Position numbers and translations under genes: made by a program. The notes under the pieces were generated by a model that was not told where the DNA came from, made no database searches, and saw only the letters and a program-made list of their open reading frames with translations. A DNA stretch of 63,109 nucleotides, the filler included, from Chiloscyllium plagiosum (taxonomy: Eukaryota): the NCBI RefSeq assembly GCF_004010195.1. It is 4 parts of one record of this genome, joined end to end, with 100 filler letters (N's around TTAATTAATTAA, not from the genome) between each part and the next. Parts side by side here need not be neighbours in the genome. Positions count along the whole stretch, not along the records: positions 51,031 to 63,109 come from NC_057714.1; 3 more parts are not named here. One strand, given 5' to 3'. Below, one piece after another: positions 50,931-63,109 of the stretch; position 1 is the stretch's first letter; every line of letters starts with the position of its first letter.

Positions 50931-51030
50931 NNNNNNNNNNNNNNNNNNNNNNNNNNNNNNNNNNNNNNNNNNNNTTAATTAATTAANNNNNNNNNNNNNN
51001 NNNNNNNNNNNNNNNNNNNNNNNNNNNNNN

Positions 51031-51303
51031 GGGAAAGATATAAAAGAGACCTACAGGGCAACATTTTCACACAGAGGGTGGTATGTGTATGGAATGAGCT
51101 GCCAGAGGAAGTGGTGGAGGCTGGTACAATTGCAACATTTAAGAGACATTTGAATGGGTATATGAATAGGAAGGGTTTGGAGGATTATGGGCCAGGTGCT
51201 GGCAGGTGGGACTAGATTGGATTGGGATATCTGGTCGGCATGGACGGGTTGGACCGAGGGTCTGTTTCTGTGCTGTACATCTCTATGACTCTATGACTCT
51301 ATG
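51031..51303 (+). mobile_element. CR1 3' end
   Basis: FTQRVVCVWNELPEE; (ctatgact)n tail. Confidence 0.9.
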
Positions 51304-51327
51304 TTTACTGGTTATATTTACACTATA

Positions 51328-51618
51328 TGGGAGCATGATGTCTCAGTGGTTAACACTGCTGTCTCACTGCTCCAGGGACTGGGTTTGATTCCATCTTCAG
51401 GCTACTGTGTAGAGTTTACATATTGTCCCCGTGTCTGCTTAGGTTTCATCCAGGTAGTCCAGTTTCCTCCACAGTCCAGAGATGTACAGGCTGGATGGAT
51501 TAGCCATGGGAAACACAGGGTTACAGAGATAGGACAAGTGGGTGGGATGCTCTCCAGAGGGTCAGTGTGGACTCAATGGGCCAAATGCCCAGCTTTCACA
51601 CTGTAGGGATTCTATGAT
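51328..51618 (+). mobile_element. HE1-like SINE
   Basis: tRNA-like head and gattctatga tail as in the other copies. Confidence 0.8.
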
Positions 51619-52209
51619 ATGAATATTGCAATAAAGCACTCGTTCTGTCAACTTAGAACCAAAGTACATCTTCGTCCTTCATTTATTCTTCATCAATTGT
51701 TTCTGCCAGGCACACATTCCAGCAGCATACCTATCCAAGGATTTCTGCAAAATAAACTTGCATTCATTACTTGGCAATCTTTCAGCTGACTTAAATATCA
51801 GGCAAACTTTGTGTTGTTTAATAAATCTGAAATGACATTTAGTCAGTTTGAAAGGCAACTAGAGCAATAAATGAAGAATAGTTAATTGAGCAATGCTATT
51901 AAATTTAAGTTAACTTCATAATTTCCAGTTAAATGAACTGAATAAAAGATATCAGGAAAAAAACTCATGAGGCCCATTAACCATGGAGTCTATTAGGAAC
52001 AAGAGCATAATGGCATGTTAATCAGAAAGATCCATGGCCCATCCTGTCGATCCCATTAAAATCCATATTTCAGAATTAATTCATCATAAGTATCAGAAGG
52101 AATTCACATAACATTCTTGGTAACTTTTTAAAAAATATATTTAACCAAGCTGTGGCTGGTTTTAGTGAGGCCTGTGCTGAACAGGATCAGCAATTTATTT
52201 TATATAAAA

Positions 52210-52335
52210 TAAAGGACTGCGGATGGTGGACATCTGAAACAAAAGTAGAAATTGCTGGAGAAACTCAGCAGGTCTGGCAGCATCTCTGGAGCGAGAAATA
52301 GAATTAACATTTTTCATCCAGTAATCCTTCAGCAG
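52210..52335 (-). mobile_element. Old Penelope-derived pseudo-LTR fragment
   Basis: Reverse of gatgctgccagacctgctgagtttctccagca tail; relatives at 5460-5560, 15340-15440 and 17650-17750. Confidence 0.65.
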
Positions 52336-52799
52336 AATTTGATAAGTTGATTAGAGGAAGAATTTTAACTCACTGATGAAAAGTCAGGTGGACCTCCCAG
52401 CTTGGAGTTGCCTCAGGGGCATAGATAATATTTTTTAAAAATTACCCTGGCATAGATAATATTTAATCTCAGGCTTTATATACATCCTACCCACTCAAAA
52501 TGAATGCAACTAGCCTGAAAGGGAAAGCAGAATCAAGTAACTGTTAAATTGGTGCTCAGTTAAATTACTGGGGTTTATTCAGAAAGGTTCCAAGGGTAGG
52601 ATTTGGGAGCCCAGACTTTTGTTGTGGGGCTTAGAAAAAAGTCATCTTCCTTCTAACCCTATAATGGTCAATTTAAAAACTTAACTTTGGTGGTCTTTAC
52701 TTTTTTACTTGGTTTTTACTGAGTGGAATATCTGCCAAGTGCACCCTGCTCAATGTATCACTAAAATGTTCAGTCATCCACAATACATCATCATGCTTT

Positions 52800-53200
52800 G
52801 AACAGTAACATTAGGCTCCTGGCTGACTTAGGTAAGGATTTGTCTTTGAGCAAAGGTACTGATGCTCTTCTCCATCTTCCTCGTTGTAATACTCCAGCCA
52901 TTCACCACAAAATTCCCCACTGAAGTGGAGCAACCAACAGTCTGTTCAACCTTCAATACTTCCAGGTCAGTACCAAAAACCACCCCAGCTTCTTTCATCG
53001 AGCTGCAGTACACATCCTACAGGTGCTCACTCTTAGAGGCCAAGCTACAAACCATCATAGACACATTCAATGAGCCGTATGAGAGAATTGGCCTCAGACT
53101 CAAAATCCAGAAAGGCAGGTTCTGTTTCAGCCCGCTTCTGCCACAACACTTGGGCAACCCCTCAGGCCACCCAACCATCAAAACCAGCAAGTAATCCTTG
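52800..53200 (+). mobile_element. RTE/BovB-clade LINE RT fragment
   Basis: ORF 52862-53194: LFSIFL...KTTPASFIELQY...EAKLQTIIDTFNEPYERIGLRLKIQK resembles RTE RT with the YADD motif lost. Confidence 0.7.
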
Positions 53201-55519
53201 ACCTTGACCCCGCACCCTCATCCCAAGTGAAAGCAGGTCGTCCTTGGATATGAGGGACTGCCAATGAAGAAGAAGGTGCACAAACCATCTGGTGGGAATA
53301 GATCAGCAAACAACCATGTAATTTGAAAATCCTAGTCTCCTATATGTGTAACTTCCTTTAATCCTATAACCCTCTCAGGTGTCTATACTTCCAATTCGGG
53401 CTTCTTGAGCATCTGGAATTTAAAAAACGTTCTTTCACATTATATGGCTGCCTCTCGCCTGTCCAGAATTTATTGCCTATCATTAAGTACCCTTGAAGAG
53501 GTGGTGGTGAGCCACTTTCCTGAAGGCCTGTGTGGTCTAGGTACATCCGTAGTGTTCTTACAAAGTGATTTCCAGCACGTTGACTCCATGAGAGTGAAGG
53601 GTCAGTGATATGGTCCCATATCAGGATGTTGTGCCAAATGTAAGAAAACTAGCAGCTGATGATGATGATGTTTTAATTATTCCCCAATACTTGCTGTATT
53701 GTCTGCTGCCAATGTCCTAAACATCTCCACCTTTCTACCAGCTTTTCCTCTTTTAACATCCCCTTAAAGTCTGCCTATTTGACCAAGCTTTTTATCACCA
53801 GCTCTAATATGTCAACTTCCTTTTGTAGTGAAAGTTTGTTTAGTAATACTCCTGTGAAACACACTGAGCCATTTCATTGAGTTAAAGGCATTGTGCAGAT
53901 ACAACTTATTGTTCTTGCTGCTTTGAGAGAGGTAAGAGGTTTTGCTCCAAACAAAGACCACCTTCCTTTGCAGCATCTCATGAAGTTCATCAAAGATCCC
54001 AAAGACAGCACGTTTCAAATACCAAAACTACTTCTATCTAGAAGGATAAAAGCTGTAGAATAATGTGAACACTAACCATCTGCATGTCCTCCTCCAGATC
54101 ACTCACTGTCTCAACTTGGAGATATATCACCTTTCCTTCACTGTCGCTGGGTCAAAATCCTGGAATTCTCTCGCTAAGAACATTATAGGTCAATCTACAG
54201 CACGTAGACAGCAGCAGTTCAAAAAGGCAGCCCATCACTACCTCCTCAAGGGCAACTGGGACAATCAAGGGGACAGTCAATAAATACTGAGTGAATTAAA
54301 AAAAAATCTTCTTCAGAGCTACTGTTTCACCAGATACCTTGCTCCAACCTTGGAACTTTGGAAATTTTGAAGCTTGTGACAAATTGCAGGTGGCAGTAGC
54401 TTTGCTAAATTCAACAGTGTCAGGCATCAAAATCATAGGGAATTACTTGTGTAGCAGGTCAGTGGGGACCTGAAGTTTTTGCATTGAAGCTTTAGGGCTT
54501 TTATAACCAATGCCACTTTGTAGTTCTACATGCAGAGAAGTACGTTGTCCAATCATTTACAAAGTGTTTACTCACTGTGGTACTTCATCGATGAATTTTG
54601 ATAGATTTACAATCATATGTTTCAATCATAGCAAGCGTAGATCTTCATTGCTTTACACAAATTAGAGGTAGCCCTAGATCTTGGTTACAATCACTGATGA
54701 TTGAGCCATCAACCAAGGAGAAAATAAAGTCACAGCTTAATACAGAAATTTATTAGATCCTTGAAAGCTACTTCACAAACCCATTTGGGAGCTCTCTTCC
54801 ACTGTCATTTGAGAGAAAGAACAATTCGGTGAGGTTATTACACCCATGCCTATCATGAAAGCTACTACAGACCTTAATGGTACTTCTAGGTACAGCCTTC
54901 TGCTGCTTCCAGATTCATTTCATTTTGCTTGAGCAGGCTTGCTGTACATCTGAGTGTTGCACTATAAGATGCGTGGAACTGTACCTTAGCAGTAAGTCAG
55001 AAAAGGATGGAGCCAAAAGACTAGGACAAAAATAAAGTAGGGACAAGTCTGTAAATTGGCTGGATGGTTAACAATAGGTGGAAGATGGTAGTTATAGAAA
55101 CTTTGCTGCAACTTTTTTTAGTTTTTTTTAAAAACACAGACATAACGTTAGTTGTCTCAACGCAGCATATCCTGCTGCCAACACTCTAAGGTCTTAACTA
55201 TCATGTGTCATGAGTAAAGAACAGCATTTTCTCCTTCGGCCTTCCAACCTAATTCTACTCAATTTAACCACAACTTTTCTTTTCCCCTTTGTTATTTTAG
55301 TTGAGAGGTGAAGTACATTTTAAATGTACAGAAATACAATCAAACTCATTTTTATTCAGAAGTTAGTTCAGTTGTTCAGATAGGACCTCCAACTTTTGTA
55401 TACCCCTCGAACCTAACCTAAGAATAGCACCAACACTGATTTATGCTGACCTGCCTGGGAATCAGGCCAATTAAATTAAACCCTGCCTAAAATGACAAAT
55501 TAGAAATTTTAAGTATATT

Positions 55520-55800
55520 AGAGTCATAGAGTCATAGAGATATACAGCATGGAAACATAGTTCTGGACTCCCCGACTCCAGGGAAAAGACTTTGTCTATA
55601 TCCTATCCATGCCCCTCATGATTTTGTAAACCTCCATAAGGTCACCCCTCAGCCTCTGATACTCCAGGGAAAACAGCCCCAGCCTGTTCAGCCTCTCCCA
55701 ATAGCTAAAATCCTCCAACCCTGGCAACATCCTTGTAATTCTTTTCTGAACCCTTTCAAGTTTCACAACATCTTTCCGATAGGAAAGAGACCATAATTGT
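55520..55800 (-). mobile_element. CR1 3' fragment with internal deletion
   Basis: ORF 55596-55838. Confidence 0.88.
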
Positions 55801-57550
55801 GAGTACAGTTTGCTGGATGTTGGACAATATAGTCTCAAAATTTCATTCTACATTACAATTCATGTCACAATTTGATTATGATTTAGGGAATGTCTATAAA
55901 TCTAAATCAGACTTTAATAACTCATTAGGTTCAGTTATAACTATTCTATTATAATCAGTTACCGGCAATAATGAAACATATTGCTTTATGTAGTATATTA
56001 ACTATTTGATGCTTTAATCACAACCTGCACTTGTAAGTCTGTGTTACCTGTTCAATGTATGCATGGCATGTTAGCTCATTAATTGCAGACAATCAAAGTA
56101 ATATCATTTCTACATTCCATATCCCTTCTATTCAGCTGTGCTAACACCATCTGCCACACTCCTTGAGCAGAGCTGCATTGGGACAGATGCCAAATGGTGT
56201 CTTTAGTAATGGTTGAGTTGGATTGAGAATGACAAGACACATTCAGCATGTATAAAGAAAGGAAAAGAAATAGAATGATTTGTAAAGGCATTTAAATGGA
56301 AAGCAGGAGAAGTGACAGAAGTGTCATTAGCATGAGACAAGAAATCAAAGAAATAAGACATAGCCTTCACACAGATAGAGTGTGAACAGCTAAAAGGATT
56401 GAGTAATAAGTGATAGAAAGGCCGACACAAAACATAGAACAGCATAATAATATCAGGTGGTCTCCTTGCCAGCAAAATAGGTGCAGTGATTACAGTGGGG
56501 ATATGAGCATGTGAAAGGGAGTGTGCCTGGGATGGCAACGATTATTCTTGTGGAGCTGAAAAAGCCACCAAAGCTGCTTTTGCTCCCCAAAAATATAATC
56601 CAGTTACATCTGATAGCCCACTTCATTCAACAACAACAACCACCTGTATTTATATAGTGCTTCTAAAATGGCCATACATCCTAAGATGCTTCACAGGAGC
56701 GTAATCACGCACAATTTGGATAGCTGTTCCCTAAAATGGCAGCCAGAGTTGTATGTACATCTGAAGAGCCCAATTGGCATTTTAAAATGAACAATGGCAT
56801 GTAAGAAGAATAACTTTGTTTGGCCAGCATCAGACACTGTTGATGGTGGGATTAATTGGAATACCAGCATGGCGATGATGGTAAAGTGTTTTCAGACCAT
56901 GTTTCAGCAATGGTTGCCTGGTATCACTCTATTCCAATGTAACAAATGTAATAAGGCATTTTATGCTAACTTGTGGATATCCTGCAGAATTTCTCTTGCT
57001 GCAGCAGGATAACTCCCTTAATACATGCTCTCCTTTTCCCTCACCCTCTACTTCTCCAGTGCTTTGTTCTCACTTTGTGTTTGTTTACCTGTATTCAATG
57101 ATATTATTTGTCTTTTCACTTGCTCCTTCATAATGCTCCTGTTTTACTAATTTCTTCTGCATATTTCAGTAAAAGATCCCCCTTTTTTCCCTCTTAATTG
57201 AAATATTCAAACTATCAGTAATAGAAGTTTGATCAAAGTATGCCATCTATTCAGAGACATTGCATGATACAAGAAATGCATATTACTTTGATTGTCCACA
57301 ACTAACAACATTTATTAACGATGTTTAAACTTAAATATAAATGTTACACTCAAGTATGTCGTTAGTATTTAATAAGTTCTGTTGATGGATGTTGAATCCC
57401 TAGCAGTTGGAGGGAACAAGGTTTTAGATATTGATTTGTTAAATATACTTAGGTGTGTATAGATTATTTGTAATCATTGGATATTGGGATGTCCATTGGG
57501 ATGTTAGGATGCCATTGTTACCTTTTCCATAGACATTTCAATTTAAAATT

Positions 57551-57888
57551 CATAGAATCCCTACCATGTGGAAACAGGATACTCAGCCTGCACACCAACC
57601 CTCTGAAGAGCATCCCTGCAAGAACCACCTCATCTCTCGGGCCCTGCATATCCCATGTCTAATTCACCTAGCCTGCATGTGCCTGATCACCCTGGGGCAA
57701 TTTAGCATGGCCAATCCTCCTAACCTGCACATCTTTGGGCTGTGGGAGGAAACTGAAGCACTTGGAGGAAGCCCATGCAGACACAGGAAGAACATGCAAA
57801 ATCCACACGGACAGTCACCCAAGGCTAAAATCGAGCCCAGGTCCCTGGTGCTGTGAGGTGGCAATGTTAACCACTGAGCCACCCCACT
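57551..57888 (-). mobile_element. HE1-like SINE
   Basis: Reverse of ggtggctcagtggttaac head; catagaatc tail. Confidence 0.85.
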
Positions 57889-58172
57889 CTCTAAAGTTCC
57901 CTTCAAATTTTGAACTAAGTCCTGGTACATCAATTTAAATATGGTGATGTTATTTAAATTTGGTTTAATGTAGTCAAAATTTGTTTCTCTAAAAAGAATA
58001 CTTGGATATGTATCTAAAGAAAAGCCTGCCAGCATCAAGAAAGGAAGCTTTATAGCAAGCAATAAGCAGCCTCCACCAAAACATTATAATTTCACTGTAT
58101 TCTTCAGAACTAGTGTACATCCTGGTGTACATCAGACCCCAATCCCCCTGATTTTACCTTCCCACAGACCTT

Positions 58173-58278
58173 CCTGATGAAGACTTTCCAGATGAAGGGC
58201 TTTTGTCCGAAACATGGATTTTCCTGCCCCTCGGATGCTGCCTGACCTGCTGTGCTTTTCCAGCACCATTCTAATCTT
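58173..58278 (+). mobile_element. Short Penelope pseudo-LTR insertion with stuttered hammerhead core
   Basis: cctgatgaagactttccagatgaagggcttttgtccgaaac; same tail as 23156-23251. Confidence 0.8.
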
Positions 58279-58316
58279 TACTGTCCCACAGCCTATCCTG
58301 AACATCAGCCCTGAAA

Positions 58317-59395
58317 TAAACATAGAAACATAGAAGATAGGAGCAGAAGTAGGCCATTTGACTCCTCAAGCTTGTTCTGCCATTCAGTATGATCTCGGCT
58401 AGTCATTCCAGCTCAATACCCTAATTCCGCCCTCCCCCCTTTAGGGTCCTTTAGCCACAAGAGCTGTGTCTATCTCCTTATTGAGAAAACTTAATGTTTT
58501 GGCCTCAACCATTTTCTGTGATAGTGAATTCCACAGGCTCACTACTCTCTGGGTGAAGAAATTTCACCTCATCTCAGTCCTAAAAGACTTAACCCTAATT
58601 TTTAAATCATGAGCTTGGCTCTGGACTCACCGACCATCAGGAACATCCTTCCTTCATCCAACCTATCTAATCCTGTTAGAATTTTAGGTTTCTATGAGGT
58701 CCCCCTCAATCTTCTAACCTCGCGTGAATAGATTCCTAACTAACTCAAACTCTCCTCATATATCAGCCCTGCCATCCCAAGAATCAATGTGCTAAACCTT
58801 CGCTGCACTCCCCTAAAGCAAGAACATTCTTCCTCAAATCAGGAGACTGAAACTGGTCTGGCTGCACCAATGCCCTGTATAATTGCAGCAAGACATTCTT
58901 GTTGCTGCATTCAAATCCTTTCACTATGAAGGCCAACACACAGTTTGCCTTCTTTACCACCAGCTACGCCTGCATGCTTACTATCAGCAATTGGTGTATG
59001 AGGACACGCTGGGCTCATTGACCATTCCCCTCTCTCAATTTACAGCTCATCTTTCCATCCAGCTCTGGGGCACTTGCAAATTTTGAGATATTACACCTGG
59101 TACCCTCATCTAAGTCATTAACATATAAAGCAGGCATGCTAGTCCCAATCCCTGTGGTACCGCACTAGTCACTGCCTGTCATTCAGAAAAAGACAAATTT
59201 ATTCCTAGTCATTGTTTCCTGTCTTCTAATTTCTTATCCATCTCAATACACTATCCCCCAATCCCATACACCTTAATTTTACACATTAACTCTTATGTTG
59301 AAAGCCTTCTGAAATCCTAAATAAACCACATCCCCAGCTCCCCGATTGTTCGACTCATGACATCTTCAATTAGTTCCAGTAGATTTGTCACACAT
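58317..59395 (-). mobile_element. Decayed CR1 3' portion
   Basis: (catagaaa)n tail; similarity to 31355-32500. Confidence 0.8.
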
Positions 59396-59847
59396 GAACA
59401 AAGTTGTGTTCTTTTGCTGACAAGTTTGAAATGATTCTGCTTTCTTTGCATCCTCCTTCAGACTCCGATAACATAATAATAGTGGCAGGATAAGGCCCTT
59501 AAGTGACTTTTGATTGGTCATTTAAGGACCTCAATAGGCCCAAGTAGAAGCAGGCATCCTAATGCCTCACTCACAGTCAGTTAGCTTGGGGGCAGGTCTC
59601 TGGGTGGCAGGAAGGCCACCCACTAGATTCTACTTACCTGCCTTCAAACCTGTGGGCAAGGAAACATGAAATCTAAGCCCAGGAGCCAGAATTGGTTGCC
59701 ATATCTGTTACTGACAATTGCAGAGGAAAAGCTGTTGGAGATAAATCTCGTGAACATGGAGGGAGGGGAGTCTGATCTACTCGGTGAAAGAATCAAGTAT
59801 CACACAGCCACAAGGCATATAACACTCACTCATATTGACTTAAAGTC

Positions 59848-60465
59848 AGAGAGTTAAAGAGATGTACAGCACGAAAACAGAACCTTTGGTCCAACTTGTC
59901 CATGCTGACCAGATATCCTAAATTAATCTCCTCCCATTTGTCAATACTTGGCCCATATCCCTCTAAACCCTTCTGATGCATATACCCATCCAGATGCCTT
60001 TTAAGTGCTGTAATTGTACCAGCCTCCACAATTTCCTCTGGCAGTTCATTCCATACACGTACCACCCCCTGCGTGAAAAAGTTGCCCCTAGGATCCCTTT
60101 TATATCTTTCCCCTCTCACCCTAAACCTATGCCCTCTAGTTCTGGACTCCCCCAACCCAGGGAAGGGACCTTGTCTATTTACCCTATCCATGCCCCTCTT
60201 GAGTTTATAAACCTCTATAAGGTCACCCCTCAGCCTCCAACACTCTGGTAAAACAGCCCCAGATTATTCAGCCTCTCCCGAAAGCTCAAACCCTCCACCC
60301 TGGCAACATCCTTGTAAATCCCTTCTGAACCCTTTCAAGTTTCACAACATCCTTCCTATAGGAAGGAGACCAGGATTGCACACAATATTCCAAAGAGACA
60401 TAACCAATGACCTGTTGAGCTGCAACATTACCTCCCAACTCCTATACTCAATGTTCTGACCAATA
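59848..60465 (-). mobile_element. CR1 3' portion
   Basis: ORF 59826-60191. Confidence 0.9.
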
Positions 60466-62911
60466 ATTGATGTGAACAACCATTTCAAAATCTTGACTCG
60501 CATCTACGACAGGCATCATACAGGACATGGTGTAACAGAAGAACAATAGCTCCTTTGAGGAGGTTCACTCATGCTAGTGATCCACAATGACGCAACATCT
60601 ATCAGCTCAACAGGGACTCGGGTTTTTACATTGGTCCACCAGTGAACAAGAATGAAGGCAATACGGACAGCAATGGAAAATGGAAAAGTCTAAACGTTGC
60701 TCAGATTGAAAGGATATTGGGCCTCCATAGCCATTATTGCAAGTTATATTTTTGGAGCAGGAAGCACAAATGTGTAAAGTCCTGTGAGCTTCACCAGAAT
60801 GCCTTGATATTCCAGGTTTGATGTCTATGTCCATAAAAAGAGTGATAATCTGAGGAGCATCAGACGTGGCAACTGTCTGAGTGCATGTTGGCATTCAACG
60901 ATGGCTTGCCCACTCTGAATGCCATCTTCAACATGATTAGTGAAGATCTTACCTTGGCTCGGCCTTCGGTGCATTTGCACAGCAGGGAGGCGTGGGTGGG
61001 AGGGAAGTTAGAGAACGGGACATGGAAGAGGGGCATCTTCTAAAGTGCTTCCACTTCTCTTCCAGTTTCCTCTCCTCAGTCAATCCCACATGCTGTGTCC
61101 TATCCTAAGCACCAAGTCTGCACCTGTGTACGTAAAGGCAGAGCAGCCATTGGCAGGAGTTAGACAGGCTTTAAACCCAAGGACATCCCCTTGGAGCAAT
61201 TGAGCAGGTTTTGTGTAGTTTGCCTCTTCCTGTACTGAAGCCACAGGGATTGCACCATGAAGAAGTAAAAACACAAGTAAAAAAAACAGACTGCAAAGGG
61301 ATATGCACATGATCAATTGGTGTTTCATTATTCTATTTGATTCAATTTTTTGTTTGATCCATTTTTCCCACATTTACCATTTGTGCCTGTGCCTGTCAAG
61401 TTTTTTTTTGTGTAAAAGATTGCTTGAACAGGAATTAAAGACAAGGAATGGTTGTCAATGATATGGAGAGGGCTGAACTGTTGAATTTAGGACTGCTTTG
61501 TTCGGGGTTGGTACCATGTCTGTTCAGAATCTGGCTGTGAGATGAGTGCAGTGTATCTGTCTCACTGAATTGTTAGCATCTGGCTGTCCCCAGTGATCAT
61601 GAGCATCTGTCTGTGCATTTGCTGATGTCCTCATGCCATTCCATCCTCCTCCTGCTGTTATTGCTCCTGCTTCTCTGTAAACAATGGCTTCTTGGGAATT
61701 TCAGCAGGAAATAAGGTTTCACCACAACCAACAATTGAGTAAACTTAAAGATTCAAGGACCTTTTCGACAACTAAATCGAGATTCAAATCTATAGGAAAC
61801 TCCTCAGCAATATTATTGAAAGTACAATGTTAGCATTAGATATTTTCCCCTCGACAGTTATTCTGGCATTAGGCCAGATCATATTTAATGGTGGAGCAGG
61901 TCCCAAGGGCTGAATGGCCTACTCCTGATCCTACTTTCTATGCTTCAATGTTTCTACCTAGTTTCAGTACTTCATCAAATACTCGTTAACACATACTCCC
62001 TTATATACTTTAGATCTCTTTTGTTGTGAGGTAGCATTTACAGATCTTCTGGAGGATGTTCATTTCCTTCTGTAGCATAATTGCTTTATGTGTGAATCTT
62101 TGACCATTACTTGACAGTGCTCTGTGACTTATCTTCTTCTGTGATGCCAGGTTCCTTTTATATATCATTCAGATAATCCTGTTGTGAAACAGAGCATAGA
62201 TTTTCTGTGGAAACCCCTTTGCTTCCTCCTCTTGATGCCTGAACAATTCCTCCATGATGACCTGAAAATTAGTTAAGGACAAATGTGAAACAGAATTTGT
62301 CCAGATGAATCATGAAGCAGTAGTGACCAGGCCACACATTGTTGTGAATGAGTTATTTGCAGCAATGTTCGTCTTCAGGTGAATCTCTCTACTTCTAATT
62401 GCATTAAGGTTTCTGGGGCTCATACAGCAGTGATTGTAACACTCAAACTACTGTCAAACCTTCACATGTGAGACAAGACTGGAATCTGTTCATTCCTTCC
62501 TTTAATTCCTGCCATTCTGTTTCATGAGTTTGTCCTGCCTCATTTTCAGAGTGAACTTCAGAAGTTCCTGCATTGCTCCAATGTTTAGTTTTTAATGCAT
62601 GTATTCCTTAAACATTGCTAAAAAAAAGACATTAATATGAAACCTTTTATCTTGCACTCGTCAGGGCTGAAAATGTAAGGAAACCAGCTTTACAAAGGAA
62701 GTCAGAATTCACAGAATTCACAGGTTATAGTCTAACAGGTTTAATTGAAATCACAAGCTTTCAGAATGCTGTGCCTTTGTCAAGTGAAGTGGAGGGAAGC
62801 GCACAGGCACAGAATTTATATGCTGAGAGACAATGGCAAGATAATTCCAGGTAATTAAGAGCGTCAAAAGATAGTACAAATAGTGTGAGTGGAGTATCAA
62901 CAGACTGAATA

Positions 62912-62968
62912 CAGAGGAACCGCAATTATCTGAATACCAATTATCCGAAAATCGAATATCCGAAAGAG
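62912..62968 (+). mobile_element. Candidate Tc1/mariner (Tigger/pogo-like) terminal inverted repeat
   Basis: TA followed by CAGAGGAACCGCAATTATC and repeated TATCYGAA subterminal motifs; other end not in window. Confidence 0.5.
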
Positions 62969-62975
62969 GTAGAGC

Positions 62976-63109
62976 CATAGAGTCATAGAGATGTACAGCA
63001 TGGAAACAGACCCTTCGGTCCAACCTGTCCACGCCGACCAGATGTCCCAACCCAATCTAGTCCCACCTGCCAGCACCTGGCCCATATCCCTCCAAACCCT
63101 TCCTATTCA
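62976..63109 (-). mobile_element. CR1 3' tail running off the window end
   Basis: Reverse of the CR1 tail seen at 3250-3378. Confidence 0.9.

Noticed and set aside
52418..52464. 16-bp direct repeat ggcatagataatattt
   Set aside because: Only two copies 15 bp apart; most likely local slippage or a micro-duplication
54430..55000. Coding-looking unique segment with a minus-strand GTGAGT donor-like site near 54575
   Set aside because: Frames I read are interrupted by stops; no recognisable protein or matching acceptor

Overview
Repeat-dense vertebrate genomic DNA, most likely from a cartilaginous fish (shark-type CR1, HE1-like SINE and Penelope families), from a gapped scaffold. The only host gene I can reconstruct is enkurin (ENKUR, motile-cilia protein) on the minus strand. 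It has five coding exons (30594-30670, 22173-22318, 19538-19758, 3927-4073, 1832-2005), all GT-AG and phase-consistent, giving 765 nt / 254 aa. Its CpG-rich promoter carries tandem RFX X-box-like motifs. Intron 1 starts with a ~2.6 kb homogeneous 41-bp minisatellite that is G-rich on the sense strand and explains the >1000-aa ORFs. The rest is mostly decayed transposons: many nested CR1 LINEs, a long L1/Tx1-clade element, a Gypsy LTR+gag remnant, an RTE fragment, tRNA-derived SINEs and several Penelope-like insertions. The Penelope-like insertions carry minimal hammerhead ribozyme cores, 13-15 bp target-site duplications (TSDs) and fold-back structures. I found no convincing novel protein-coding system; the most interesting signals are RNA-structural.
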